The translations under genes were made by a program, and so were the position numbers. The notes beneath the pieces are model-generated. The model ran no database searches, was not told the origin of the DNA, and saw only the letters and a program-made list of their open reading frames with translations. From positions 1 to 29,814 of the forward strand of contig BBVC01000067.1 of the NCBI GenBank assembly GCA_001192655.1: DNA of 29,814 nt, read 5' to 3'. Origin of the DNA: Caedimonas varicaedens. Its GTDB lineage: Bacteria > Pseudomonadota > Alphaproteobacteria > Caedimonadales > Caedimonadaceae. Shown piece by piece: positions 17,543-27,337 of the stretch (positions are counted from its first letter, which is position 1; every line of letters starts with the position of its first letter).

Positions 17543-17575
17543 AAAATGGGAACTTTGATAGTTCCCATTTTTTTT
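17543..17575. terminator. Rho-independent, probably bidirectional terminator
   Basis: Stem AAAATGGGAAC / GTTCCCATTTT (core ATGGGAAC/GTTCCCAT), 7-nt loop TTTGATA. A T-run follows on the + strand. TTTTGATTATT follows on the - strand. It lies 43 nt downstream of the DUF1467 stop. Confidence 0.7.
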
Positions 17576-17617
17576 CTAACTCACAAAGGATAAAGAAGCA
17601 TTTGCTACTCAGTAAAA

Positions 17618-17857
17618 TCAAACATTCCGGTCAAAGCGGACAATATCTAACGCCATAATCCAGTTAACGCCTAGCCAGATCAAAGCAGCCAAAAGAGTTG
17701 TCAGAGTAAATTTTATGCCCAGATAGGGTTTAGCAGGCGCTTCAACAGCACAGCCCGGCAGAGGATTTTCTTCCGGTTTTACTCCCCAAGGAAGAAGCGT
17801 AAAAAGCACAACCCACCAGATCACAATATAAATGACAATACCGGAAACCCATCCCAT
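17618..17857 (-). CDS. DUF1467-family small membrane protein
   Basis: 79 aa with two hydrophobic helices. IVIWWVVLFTLLPWGV...PGCAVEAP fits DUF1467, which typically follows rnj in Alphaproteobacteria. Confidence 0.7.
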   Translation of the reverse strand: MGWVSGIVIYIVIWWVVLFTLLPWGVKPEENPLPGCAVEAPAKPYLGIKFTLTTLLAALIWLGVNWIMALDIVRFDRNV

Positions 17858-17869
17858 GCTTTTGCTTCC

Positions 17870-19534
17870 CTAGCGTGTAATATGGACAATCGTCGTTGGT
17901 TTTTTGGAACGCTCGGCGTTGACGCAACGACGACAGGCGACACGAACAATTTCTTTCATTGTGGAGTCATCAGACCATTGTTCGTGGGGCGTGTTGGCGA
18001 TGGCTTCTGTGACTGAATCCTGAAGATTCTCGATCATCTCACTTTCGGACTGACTCTCAAAAACCCCCATCTGAGTAATTTGAGGTTCTTCGCGCAAATG
18101 TCCACGTTTATCAAAAGCAATGGTTACAAAAAGAATGCCCGATGTCATCAAACGCGCACGATCACGCATTTGAGGGCCAAACAGGGGAACGACTTGTGAT
18201 CCATCAAGAGCCAATCGACCATTTTTTACAGTTTCTACAAGCGTCGGGCCTTCCTCTGAAAGCTTAATGAGAGTACCATTTTTAGGGACAATGGCCTGGG
18301 GAATGCCACATGACTTTCCCAGCTTTGCCTGTTCTCGCATATGAGCAAGCGTTCCATGCACAGGAACAAGAATTTGAGGGCGAACCCACTGATACATTTT
18401 TTTAAGATCTTCGCGACCCGGATGACCAGAAACGTGAATATGCTCAATTTGTTCTGCATCAATAACCGTCAGTCCCAAATCGACAAGTTCTTCCTGCATA
18501 CCTCGTATTTCTTCTTCGTTTCCAGGAATGATACGAGAAGAAAACAGGACGGTATCGCCCTCTGAAAGTTTTAATCGGGGATGATTGGCGGCCGCCATAC
18601 GCGCAAGCGCAGAACGGGGTTCCCCCTGGGATCCTGTACAAATGATGAGAGTCTCTTCACGTTTCAGTCCTGCGATATCTTCTTCCTGAAGAAAAGTAGG
18701 CAAACCCTTGAGATATCCATTGGCACGTGCTGCTTGATTCATCCGGATCATTGAACGCCCTACCAGCACAGGCTGACGACCCGCTTGTTGTGCGGCAATA
18801 GCACAGGATTCCAGGCGAGCCACATTACTGGCAAAACAGGCAATAACGATACGCCCCTCTTTTTGCCGGGATACAAAATCGATTAACCTTTGACGTACTG
18901 TTGCTTCAGAACCTGCATTCCCTTCTACGAACACATTGGTTGAATCACAAACAAGCGCCAGAACACCCTTGTCTCCCAAATCCTTGAAAATCGCTTCATC
19001 CGCAGCATCTCCAATGAGGGGATCAGGGTCAAGTTTCCAGTCTCCTGTATGTACAACAACCCCTGCAGGCGTACGAATCGCAAGGGCGTTGGGTTCAGGA
19101 ATGGAATGGGTCAAGGTCAGAAATTGCAAATCGAAGGGTGGCAGCGAAAGCTGACTGCCAATTTTGATCTCATAGACTTTTGCCTGTCCCAAAAGTCCTG
19201 CTTCCTTTAGTTTTTCACGCACCAAAGTCGCGGTAAAGGGCGTTGCATAAATAGGGCATTGTAACCGCTCCCACAAATAAGGCACGGCTCCGATATGATC
19301 TTCATGGGCATGAGTAAGAATAAGCGCTTTCAGTTTGTCGCGTCGCTCAACAATATAGGAAGGATCGGGCATGATGACCTCTACACCTAGCTCATGACCG
19401 AACGTAACACCCAGATCAACCATCAGCCATTGATCATCATAACGGTAAAGATTGAGATTCATACCAATCTCTCCTGCCCCGCCCAAAGGAAGGAAGAAAA
19501 GGTCTTTTTTAATGTTGGAAGCAGAGGTAGTCAA
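17870..19534 (-). CDS. rnj: Ribonuclease J (MBL/beta-CASP family)
   Basis: FLPLGGAGEIGMNLNLY, LTHAHEDHIGAVPYL, CDSTN, HVSGH motifs. 554 aa. TTG start. Confidence 0.9.
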   Translation of the reverse strand: MTTSASNIKKDLFFLPLGGAGEIGMNLNLYRYDDQWLMVDLGVTFGHELGVEVIMPDPSYIVERRDKLKALILTHAHEDHIGAVPYLWERLQCPIYATPFTATLVREKLKEAGLLGQAKVYEIKIGSQLSLPPFDLQFLTLTHSIPEPNALAIRTPAGVVVHTGDWKLDPDPLIGDAADEAIFKDLGDKGVLALVCDSTNVFVEGNAGSEATVRQRLIDFVSRQKEGRIVIACFASNVARLESCAIAAQQAGRQPVLVGRSMIRMNQAARANGYLKGLPTFLQEEDIAGLKREETLIICTGSQGEPRSALARMAAANHPRLKLSEGDTVLFSSRIIPGNEEEIRGMQEELVDLGLTVIDAEQIEHIHVSGHPGREDLKKMYQWVRPQILVPVHGTLAHMREQAKLGKSCGIPQAIVPKNGTLIKLSEEGPTLVETVKNGRLALDGSQVVPLFGPQMRDRARLMTSGILFVTIAFDKRGHLREEPQITQMGVFESQSESEMIENLQDSVTEAIANTPHEQWSDDSTMKEIVRVACRRCVNAERSKKPTTIVHITR

Positions 19535-19539
19535 TGTTT

Positions 19540-20334
19540 CTATTTCCTTTCAGGAAGAGTTTCATAAATAAGGGCAATACCTTTCAGGGTTAAGTCGAAA
19601 TCAATGTGTGTAATCCTTGAACATGAAGGAGCAATCAATGAGGATAATCCTCCTGTTGCAACAACTTTAAATTCTTTTGAAAGAAGCCCTCTGAAATTTT
19701 CATCTTTTATGCACTGAATAAGGCCCTCTATCATACTGACATATCCCCAAAATATCCCTGATTGCATAGAATCAACAGTATTTGTACCTATGACATTCCT
19801 GGGCTTGATAATTGCAACTTCAGGAAGTTTGGCCGCTGCCTGATAAAGAGCGCGCAGGGAAAGCTGAACGCCTGGCGCGATGACAGTCCCACAAAAATTT
19901 CCGCTTCCGTCAACTAGACTGAGTGTCGTAGCCGTCCCAAAATCAATGACAAGCAAGGGGCCACCACCATAAAGCGTATGCGCAGCAAAGGCGTTCGCCA
20001 TAAGGTCGGCACCTTCTTCTCCCGGACGATCGATAAGAGAAGAATGAGGAAACGGCGCAGAAGATTCACCAATAACCAGCACCTCCTGTGAAAATAAATC
20101 AAGACAAAATGCTTTAATATCAGAGAGAAGATCAGGAACAACACAGGAAATTATAATATTTTTAACATCATTGGGGCAGAAACTCGAACCTGTCAGTTCG
20201 TTCTGCAACCATTGAGAACACTTATGGACGTCCTTAAACAGGTCAGGAAGAGCACGCCATACTTTTAAAAGCTCCTGCTCTCGAAAAAGAGCCAGGCAAA
20301 TATTTGTATTACCAGCATCAATAACAAGTAACAT
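19540..20334 (-). CDS. coaX: Type III pantothenate kinase
   Basis: N-terminus MLLVIDAGNTN, plus VIDFGTATT and ATGG motifs. 264 aa. Confidence 0.9.
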   Translation of the reverse strand: MLLVIDAGNTNICLALFREQELLKVWRALPDLFKDVHKCSQWLQNELTGSSFCPNDVKNIIISCVVPDLLSDIKAFCLDLFSQEVLVIGESSAPFPHSSLIDRPGEEGADLMANAFAAHTLYGGGPLLVIDFGTATTLSLVDGSGNFCGTVIAPGVQLSLRALYQAAAKLPEVAIIKPRNVIGTNTVDSMQSGIFWGYVSMIEGLIQCIKDENFRGLLSKEFKVVATGGLSSLIAPSCSRITHIDFDLTLKGIALIYETLPERK

Positions 20335-20349
20335 ACTGTATCTTTCTAT

Positions 20350-21078
20350 CTAGGCGAGAAAAACGTCACCCGTATGATACACTTTAATAATGCCATCTGG
20401 AAATTTAAGCAATAAACTTCCGTACTGATCAATGTCATAAAATAGACCTTGTTCTTCTGAGTTATCTGAAGGGCTGCGTGATTTCAGTGTAATCTTCTTT
20501 CCCAAACAGTGAGCTTTTGTCAACCATTCCTCACGAATAGGAGAAAATCCTTTTTGATCCCATACTTCCAGCTTTTGTTGAAAACATTCTACCAGCTTCT
20601 CTAAAACAGTTTCGCAATCTACAGGGTGAGGAGAAAATTCCCCAAGAGATGTCACAGGATAGGAAATTCCCCCAGGATGAGAAACAATATTAATTCCAAT
20701 GCCTACAACCACAAAGGGTTCTTCAACTTCCAACAGGATTCCAGCAATTTTCCGTCCGCCCACCAAAATATCATTAGGCCATTTATAGGAAAGCAACGTG
20801 GGGTCAGGTAAAAAATAACTAAGGGCTTGCCCTACCCCAAGCGCAGAAACAAAGGCCGCCTCTCCTACCCTGAGAAAAGGTATCTTTGGTCGAATAACAA
20901 ATGAGCAAAGTAAATTACCTCTTTTGGCTTCCCATGGACGCTCCTGGCGTCCTCGACCAGCCGTTTGAAATTTTGCCCAAATAATATTACCATGAGAAAG
21001 ATGCAGACGTGCAACATCCATCGTACTGCTAACACAATCATAAGAATTCAGAATCCACTCAGGCGGCAAGGAGATCAT
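20350..21078 (-). CDS. birA: Biotin--[acetyl-CoA-carboxylase] ligase
   Basis: QTAGRGRQERPWEA, KWPNDILVGGRKIAGILLE, and GIGINI motifs. No N-terminal HTH domain (group I type). Confidence 0.88.
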   Translation of the reverse strand: MISLPPEWILNSYDCVSSTMDVARLHLSHGNIIWAKFQTAGRGRQERPWEAKRGNLLCSFVIRPKIPFLRVGEAAFVSALGVGQALSYFLPDPTLLSYKWPNDILVGGRKIAGILLEVEEPFVVVGIGINIVSHPGGISYPVTSLGEFSPHPVDCETVLEKLVECFQQKLEVWDQKGFSPIREEWLTKAHCLGKKITLKSRSPSDNSEEQGLFYDIDQYGSLLLKFPDGIIKVYHTGDVFLA

Positions 21079-21086
21079 GGAAAACT

Positions 21087-22562
21087 CTAGTTAAAAAGCG
21101 CGAATGCCGCTGTATGAGCAGCATTCGATAGTAAAGAAGGTTTAAGAACATAAAAAAACGTGATGAATGCCATTATAGACATAACGACATATGTTTCCCG
21201 AAAGACATACCGATCAAAATGGTTTTTTATATCGAATGATAAAGATCCTTCAAAATACATGATTTTAATAATTTTCAAATAATAGGCCGCTGAAATAACA
21301 GTCACGATCACCCCAAAAACTGCAAGCGTATAATAGCCTTCTTTAATTGCAATACTGAAAACTCCCAGCTTGGCAAAGAAACCAGAAAACGGTGGAATAC
21401 CTGCCAAAGAAAACAAAAAAATAGCAAAAGACAGCGCCAGGACAGGATTATCACGGGAAAGACCAGAAAAATCAGACAGCTTTTCAATGGTCTTGCTGTT
21501 TTTTCTTAAATTAAGCAAACAGGCGAAACACCCCAGCGTCATGATGATATAGAGGACGAGATAAACCAGAATACTCCCAATACCCTCGTACGTTTTCCCC
21601 AAAAGACCAAACAGGGCATACCCCATGTGTGAAATTGCGCTGTAACTCAGAAGCCGCTTTATGTTGTTCTGGAAGAGAGCGGCGAAAGCACCCAAAGCTA
21701 TAGATAAAACCGAAAGAATAACAACCGCTTGTTCCCAAATTATATTTAAATCACCTATCATATGGACAAAAAGCTTTATAAAAAGGGCAAATGCTGCAAT
21801 CTTCGGAGCCGTGGCAATTAAAACCGTTACAGGTGTTGGGCTTCCTTCGTAGACATCAGGCGACCACATATGAAAGGGTACAAGAGCAAGCTTGAATGCC
21901 AAACCTCCCAATATTAAAAGGATACCCATCACCAGAGGGGGAGAAGAAGTTAAGGCAGGATCTTTAAAGACGCTGAAGAGGCTTGAAAATTCAGTACTAC
22001 CGGCAAGCCCATACAAAAATGAACTGCCGTAAAGGATAAAAGCAGACGCCAGGGCTCCTAAAATAAAATATTTAAGTGCTCCTTCCGCAGCAATCAATCG
22101 ATCACGCTTTAGAGCAACCAGGATATAAAGGGAAAAACTCTGCAATTCAAGACCAAGATACATGCTCATTAAGTCATTTGCAGAGACCATGATCAACATG
22201 CCAAGCGCAGAAAATAAAACAAGAAGAGGATATTCAAATCGTGCCATATTCTCGCGCTCTAAAGACCTTAATGTCATCCACAAAACACAAGAAACCGTCA
22301 GTAAAATCGTAATTTTACAAAAAGAGGTAAACGAATTACGGATAAACAAGCCATTGAAGAAAATACCTGTATTCTTATCTGCAAATGAAATAATAAAAAC
22401 AGTCATGAGAGCAACCACGATACATAGATAACCTAGTGTACGGGTATAGGAATCTCCCCTGAAAGCTCCAATAACTAAAAACATTAAGAGCGACAAACCA
22501 ATGAATATCTCAGCGCTTCCGGGCGCAAATTCTGGTAAAAAACCCTCAGAAGATACAAACAT
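21087..22562 (-). CDS. nuoN: NADH-quinone oxidoreductase subunit N
   Basis: 14-TM antiporter-like protein that is last in the nuo order. Contains LALVPFHMWSPDVYEGSPTPVT. Confidence 0.92.
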   Translation of the reverse strand: MFVSSEGFLPEFAPGSAEIFIGLSLLMFLVIGAFRGDSYTRTLGYLCIVVALMTVFIISFADKNTGIFFNGLFIRNSFTSFCKITILLTVSCVLWMTLRSLERENMARFEYPLLVLFSALGMLIMVSANDLMSMYLGLELQSFSLYILVALKRDRLIAAEGALKYFILGALASAFILYGSSFLYGLAGSTEFSSLFSVFKDPALTSSPPLVMGILLILGGLAFKLALVPFHMWSPDVYEGSPTPVTVLIATAPKIAAFALFIKLFVHMIGDLNIIWEQAVVILSVLSIALGAFAALFQNNIKRLLSYSAISHMGYALFGLLGKTYEGIGSILVYLVLYIIMTLGCFACLLNLRKNSKTIEKLSDFSGLSRDNPVLALSFAIFLFSLAGIPPFSGFFAKLGVFSIAIKEGYYTLAVFGVIVTVISAAYYLKIIKIMYFEGSLSFDIKNHFDRYVFRETYVVMSIMAFITFFYVLKPSLLSNAAHTAAFALFN

Positions 22563-22585
22563 GTTTCACTCTTTTACAGATATTA

Positions 22586-24085
22586 TCATAAATCTCCACG
22601 ATTGGATTCTCCCGTCTCCAACAATCCAGCCCATTTTTCAACAGTTATTTCACTGGTCCTAAGAATAGGCGCAGGGTAAATGCCAAACAAAAGAACCAGA
22701 AAAGCCAGAGGTCCCAGTGTCAACTTTTCAATAATCGTTAAATCCTGAAGTTTTCCTACAGCAGGTTTCCCCACTTTTCCAAACATGATTCGCCCATAAA
22801 GCCACAAAGCATACACAGCACTCAGAATAACGCCCAATCCTAAAACACACGCCATCCAACCACTGACCTTGAAAGCTGCAACTAAAATTAAAATTTCTCC
22901 GACAAAACCGCTGGTGCCAGGCAAACCAATCGCCCCCAAAATAAAAATCATAAAGAGAACAGCATAATGGGGCATGGGATGCACCACACCGCCATATTGA
23001 TCGATGTCTCTTGTATGCAATCGATCATAAAGTACCCCTACGCACAAAAAAAGCGCTCCCGAAACAAGCCCATGGCTGATCATCTGAAATAACGCTCCCT
23101 GGATGCCTTGGGTGGAAAATGTAAAGATACCAAACGTTACAAATCCCATATGGGCAATAGAAGAATAGGCGATCAGTTTTTTCATATCCTTTTGAACCAA
23201 AGCAACAAGGGATGCATAAACTACAGCCACCATACTCAGAATAAAAATAAGAGGCGCAAAAAATTGAGAAGCTTCAGGGAAAAGAGGAAGGGAAAATCTC
23301 AAAAAGCCATATCCCCCCATTTTAAGAAGTATTGCTGCTAAAATCACAGAACCTGATGTAGGAGCTTCGACATGAGCATCAGGCAACCATGTATGAACAG
23401 GCCACATGGGAATCTTGACCGCAAAAGAAGCAAAAAATGCCAGCCATAGCCATTTTTGCAGATCAAAGGGCAATGTATGACGAGCCACCATAGAAATTTC
23501 GCTTGTACCTGTATAGTGATAAAGCGTCAATATGGCGACCAGCATCAAAACAGAACCCAGCAAGGTATAGAGAAAAAACTTAATGGAAGCATAAATACGC
23601 CGCTCGCCGCCCCATATGCCAATAATAAGATACATGGGGATCAGAACGGCTTCAAAGAAAAGATAAAAAAGAATAAAATCAAGAGCGCAAAAAGCCCCCA
23701 GCATTGTTGTTTCAAGCGCAAGGAAGGCAATCATATATTCCTTGACGCGCACCTGTATGGAATGCCATGTGGATAGAATCGCCAAAGGCGTCAAAAAAGC
23801 TGTTAGCAAAACAAATAATATTGAAATGCCGTCTACACCTACATGATAGGTGCTATTAAAACCCTCAAGCCATTGATAGCTTTCCTCCAGCTGAAATTCT
23901 GATTGAGAAGGATCAAATACAGCAAAACCAATACAACTCATGATGAAAACAGCAAAAGATGTTAAAAGAGCCACGGCGCGTACGTTATTGCGAGCGGCCT
24001 CATTTTTGTCATTCATCCAGAAAATACAAAAAACACCCAGGAGAGGCAAAAAAATTGTAATGCTCAATAAGGAAGGAGCGTACAT
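22586..24085 (-). CDS. nuoM: NADH-quinone oxidoreductase subunit M
   Basis: Antiporter-like subunit. Contains AVKIPMWPVHTWLPDAHVEAPTSGSVILAAILLKMGGYG. Confidence 0.92.
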   Translation of the reverse strand: MYAPSLLSITIFLPLLGVFCIFWMNDKNEAARNNVRAVALLTSFAVFIMSCIGFAVFDPSQSEFQLEESYQWLEGFNSTYHVGVDGISILFVLLTAFLTPLAILSTWHSIQVRVKEYMIAFLALETTMLGAFCALDFILFYLFFEAVLIPMYLIIGIWGGERRIYASIKFFLYTLLGSVLMLVAILTLYHYTGTSEISMVARHTLPFDLQKWLWLAFFASFAVKIPMWPVHTWLPDAHVEAPTSGSVILAAILLKMGGYGFLRFSLPLFPEASQFFAPLIFILSMVAVVYASLVALVQKDMKKLIAYSSIAHMGFVTFGIFTFSTQGIQGALFQMISHGLVSGALFLCVGVLYDRLHTRDIDQYGGVVHPMPHYAVLFMIFILGAIGLPGTSGFVGEILILVAAFKVSGWMACVLGLGVILSAVYALWLYGRIMFGKVGKPAVGKLQDLTIIEKLTLGPLAFLVLLFGIYPAPILRTSEITVEKWAGLLETGESNRGDL

Positions 24086-26011
24086 TCATAGTCCTTTAAT
24101 TTTTGATTTAAGGATAAACCAGACAACCAGACCTACCACACCCCAAACCATTGCGTAAGCGTAATTAAACAGATAGCCCGTTTGTAATTGGCTAGAGCGA
24201 TTTGACATTCGCAAGACCAGGCGAGAAATTCCATCAGGCCCCCATTTATCAATGAGTTTTATATCGCCCAATTGCCAGAATCTTGCTCCCAAACCAAGAA
24301 TTTTACTGACAATCATCCGATCATAAAATTCATCGATATACCATTTATGAAAGAATAATTGATAAATAAAGCGGAATTTTTCCGAGAAGAACAATGGCCA
24401 AGAAAAAGTCCAGGCATAGAGTAAATAAGCAAGAGCAATTCCACTCATACCCAGAACAGTTGGAAGAATCTCAATGATGAGCCGGGGATGCTCACCCAAG
24501 ATTTCTTCCGGCATAATCAACGAATTTCCCCAGAAAATTTTCTGGGAAAAATACCCCACTCCAAAATAACCTGAAAAAATAGCGCCAAACGCCAGAATAA
24601 ATAAAGGAACCAGCATGACAAAACCAGCTTCGTGTACATGACTCATGACCATTTCATTGGCTCTGGGCTTTCCTGTAAAAGTTAAACAAAGCAGGCGCCA
24701 TGAATAAAACGCTGTCAGAAACGTACTGATCATGCCCAGAATATAGGCATAAGCCCCAATTGGAGTTCCCGAAGCGCGCCAGGCTGTTTCAAGGATGGCA
24801 TCTTTTGAGTAATATCCTGAAAAATAAGGAATTCCCACCAGTGCTATACTGCCGATCAGCATCATAAGGTACGATACGGGGACAAGCCGCCAAATCCCGC
24901 CCATAGAACGCATATCCTGTTCATCTGACATGGAATGAATCACCGCACCTGCTCCCAAAAAGAGCAAAGCTTTAAAGAAGGCATGAGTTACGAGATGAAA
25001 AATAGCAATGTTGTAGGCGGAAAGCCCTGCGGCAAAAAACATATACCCCAATTGACTGCAAGTGGAATAGGCAATGACGCGCTTGATATCATTTTGAGTC
25101 AATGCAATTGTTCCTGCAAAGAATGCTGTGGTTGCGCCCACAACTGTCATAATATCGGAAGTTATGGGGGCGTGTTGGTAAAGAGGAGAACATTTGACAA
25201 TCAGAAAAACGCCTGCCGTCACCATTGTTGCCGCGTGGATCAATGCTGAAACAGGTGTTGGTCCCTCCATTGCATCCGGTAACCATATATGAAGTCCAAG
25301 CTGTGCAGATTTTCCCATAGCTCCAATAAGCAACAAAAAGCAAATGATTTCAATACAGGGAAAAGAATACCCCCCCACAGAAAAACAAACGTTGAGTTTG
25401 GAAGGCGCCAAGATAAAAATTTCCTTAAATTCCAGCGTACCAAAGACAAAATAAATGGCCCCCATAGCCAGAATTAAACCCAAATCTCCCACCCGATTAA
25501 CGATAAATGCCTTGAGGGCTGCTGCATTGGCTGTTTGTCTGTCATACCAGAAACCAATCAAAAGATAGGAAGCCAGACCTACTCCTTCCCAACCAAAAAA
25601 TAACTGGATAAAATCATAGGCTGTGACCAGGATTAACATCATAAAAGTGAAAAAACTGAGATAAGCCATAAATCTAGGAATACAGGGATCATGACGCATA
25701 TAACCAATTGAATAAATATGAACAAGGAAAGAAATAAGTGCCACAATCATCACCATAATGGCGCTTAATGTATCAAAACGCAGCCCCCACTGCGCCCGAA
25801 AGTCTCCCACTTCTATCCATGGCATCAAGGGGATATCAATCGTGACACCTCCCAGGGCAACTTCATTAAAAATTGATATAGCCCCAATAACAGAAAACAG
25901 CATAAAGGTACACGTTGCTATCTGACTAAAACGGGCAGAATATTTTTGCCCCAGAACTCCTGCCAACAAAAACCCAAAAAGTGGAGAAAAAATTGTCAGG
26001 AGATAAATCAT
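24086..26011 (-). CDS. nuoL: NADH-quinone oxidoreductase subunit L
   Basis: 641 aa. Contains FFGWEGVGLASYLLIGFWY and LHIWLPDAMEGPTPVSALIHAATMVTAGV, with a long C-terminal extension helix region. Confidence 0.93.
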   Translation of the reverse strand: MIYLLTIFSPLFGFLLAGVLGQKYSARFSQIATCTFMLFSVIGAISIFNEVALGGVTIDIPLMPWIEVGDFRAQWGLRFDTLSAIMVMIVALISFLVHIYSIGYMRHDPCIPRFMAYLSFFTFMMLILVTAYDFIQLFFGWEGVGLASYLLIGFWYDRQTANAAALKAFIVNRVGDLGLILAMGAIYFVFGTLEFKEIFILAPSKLNVCFSVGGYSFPCIEIICFLLLIGAMGKSAQLGLHIWLPDAMEGPTPVSALIHAATMVTAGVFLIVKCSPLYQHAPITSDIMTVVGATTAFFAGTIALTQNDIKRVIAYSTCSQLGYMFFAAGLSAYNIAIFHLVTHAFFKALLFLGAGAVIHSMSDEQDMRSMGGIWRLVPVSYLMMLIGSIALVGIPYFSGYYSKDAILETAWRASGTPIGAYAYILGMISTFLTAFYSWRLLCLTFTGKPRANEMVMSHVHEAGFVMLVPLFILAFGAIFSGYFGVGYFSQKIFWGNSLIMPEEILGEHPRLIIEILPTVLGMSGIALAYLLYAWTFSWPLFFSEKFRFIYQLFFHKWYIDEFYDRMIVSKILGLGARFWQLGDIKLIDKWGPDGISRLVLRMSNRSSQLQTGYLFNYAYAMVWGVVGLVVWFILKSKIKGL

Positions 26012-26017
26012 TGGTTT

Positions 26018-26329
26018 TCAGCCTTTCATCTCACTGATATCTTGGACATCAATTGAATGGCGATTACGATAAAAAACAACAAGAATCGCAAGACCGATAG
26101 CCGCCTCAGCCGCAGCAACAGTTAAAACAAAAAGGGCAAAAAGCTGCCCTGCCAAATCCTTCAAAAAACATGAAAATGCAACCAAATTTATATTAACAGC
26201 CAGCAACATCAACTCAATCGCCATAAGGATAATGATGACACTTTTGCGATTCCAGAAAATGCCAAAAATCCCCAAAGAAAAAAGAAAAAAAGAAACTGTT
26301 AAGTAATGTTCAAGCCCAATGAGTTTCAT
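26018..26329 (-). CDS. nuoK: NADH-quinone oxidoreductase subunit K
   Basis: 103 aa, 3 TM. Contains [17 protein letters not shown] and [15 protein letters not shown]. Confidence 0.93.
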   Translation of the reverse strand: MKLIGLEHYLTVSFFLFSLGIFGIFWNRKSVIIILMAIELMLLAVNINLVAFSCFLKDLAGQLFALFVLTVAAAEAAIGLAILVVFYRNRHSIDVQDISEMKG

Positions 26330-26330
26330 T

Positions 26331-27179
26331 TTACACCCCTTTCCCTAGAGGAACATCATGAAGTTTAAGGGTGTCTTCCTTGCGACGCATAATCTGATTG
26401 TGAACATTTTGGCGTTTCACCCCATCCCTTTTGCGATGGGTTAACACAATGGCGCCAATCATAGCAACCAATAAGATAAATCCTACTGTTTCAAAAAGAA
26501 GGCTATAATCTGTATAGATAATTTTTCCAAGAGCTTGTGTATTGGTTACCTGTTGTGGATCAGGGGTGGGAACGAGAACTACACCCTCTCTTACGGCAAG
26601 AGATTCCCAATGCATCATCACGTAAGACAGCTCTGCCAGCATTATAAGGCCGAGCATCCACACGCCAGGCAAATACTTCATAAATTCTATGGATAACTGA
26701 AAGAAAGATTTTTTAAAAAGATATCGCAAGATAAGGTAAGCCAAAACAGGCGTAAACAGCCCACAGCTCACCTCTACTGTTTTTGTAGGAACAGTCGCTA
26801 GCATAATATCTAAAACTGGTATAAAAAGACTTGAAAGAAGATAAGAAATAATAAAAAACTGTACCAGATATCCCATCAGGCTCAGAAAAGCACGAGACAG
26901 GTTTTCAAGCTGATATCGCAGCAAACCCGGACGCTTTTTAAGAGGTGCAATATCCAGCATCATCACAACAAACAAAAATAAAACTGCCACAGCCCCCACA
27001 TAAACAACCACAAGAAGCATGGCCAAAAATTCTGCTCCCAAAAGGATAAAAAGTCCCGCTGCATTAAAAAACGCCAAAATAAGATAAAGGACGGAATGAA
27101 CAGGATTACGCGCAAAAATAACCATGCTTCCTGAAAATAACAGAATACCTGAAAAAAGATAAAACGCGATCTGAGTCAT
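26331..27179 (-). CDS. nuoJ: NADH-quinone oxidoreductase subunit J, unusually long (282 aa) with an internal hydrophobic insertion
   Basis: The N-terminal third is NuoJ/ND6-like: [55 protein letters not shown]. So is the C-terminal part: [36 protein letters not shown]. About 140 aa lie between them, where about 60 are usual. Confidence 0.88.
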   Translation of the reverse strand: MTQIAFYLFSGILLFSGSMVIFARNPVHSVLYLILAFFNAAGLFILLGAEFLAMLLVVVYVGAVAVLFLFVVMMLDIAPLKKRPGLLRYQLENLSRAFLSLMGYLVQFFIISYLLSSLFIPVLDIMLATVPTKTVEVSCGLFTPVLAYLILRYLFKKSFFQLSIEFMKYLPGVWMLGLIMLAELSYVMMHWESLAVREGVVLVPTPDPQQVTNTQALGKIIYTDYSLLFETVGFILLVAMIGAIVLTHRKRDGVKRQNVHNQIMRRKEDTLKLHDVPLGKGV

Positions 27180-27283
27180 ATTTGTGAGAAGTCCTATTTA
27201 TTATGACAACAATTTGATACGCATCATATCAGCCCCTTGTCCAAACGCCAACGAGGATATTTAATTTAATCTATAAAATCGAA

Positions 27284-27333
27284 TGGTAGCGGGGGGGGGG
27301 AGGGATTTGAACCCCCGACACGCGGATTATGAT
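27284..27333 (-). pseudogene. tRNA-Met/fMet (anticodon CAT) 3'-half remnant with an expanded C (G on +) homopolymer
   Basis: The minus strand reads A-T-CAT-A-A (anticodon loop), TCCGC, GTGTC, GGGGG-TTCAAAT-CCCTC (T-arm), C-run, CCCCGCT-A-CCA. No D-arm, 5' acceptor or anticodon-stem partner lies upstream, because that position is occupied by the tenA coding end. Five extra C residues sit between the T-stem and the acceptor strand. Confidence 0.65.
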
Positions 27334-27337
27334 TAAT

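Noticed and set aside
17742-17927. 61-aa ORF bridging the rnj stop and the DUF1467 start.
   Set aside because: It overlaps both well-supported genes out of frame, so it is spurious.
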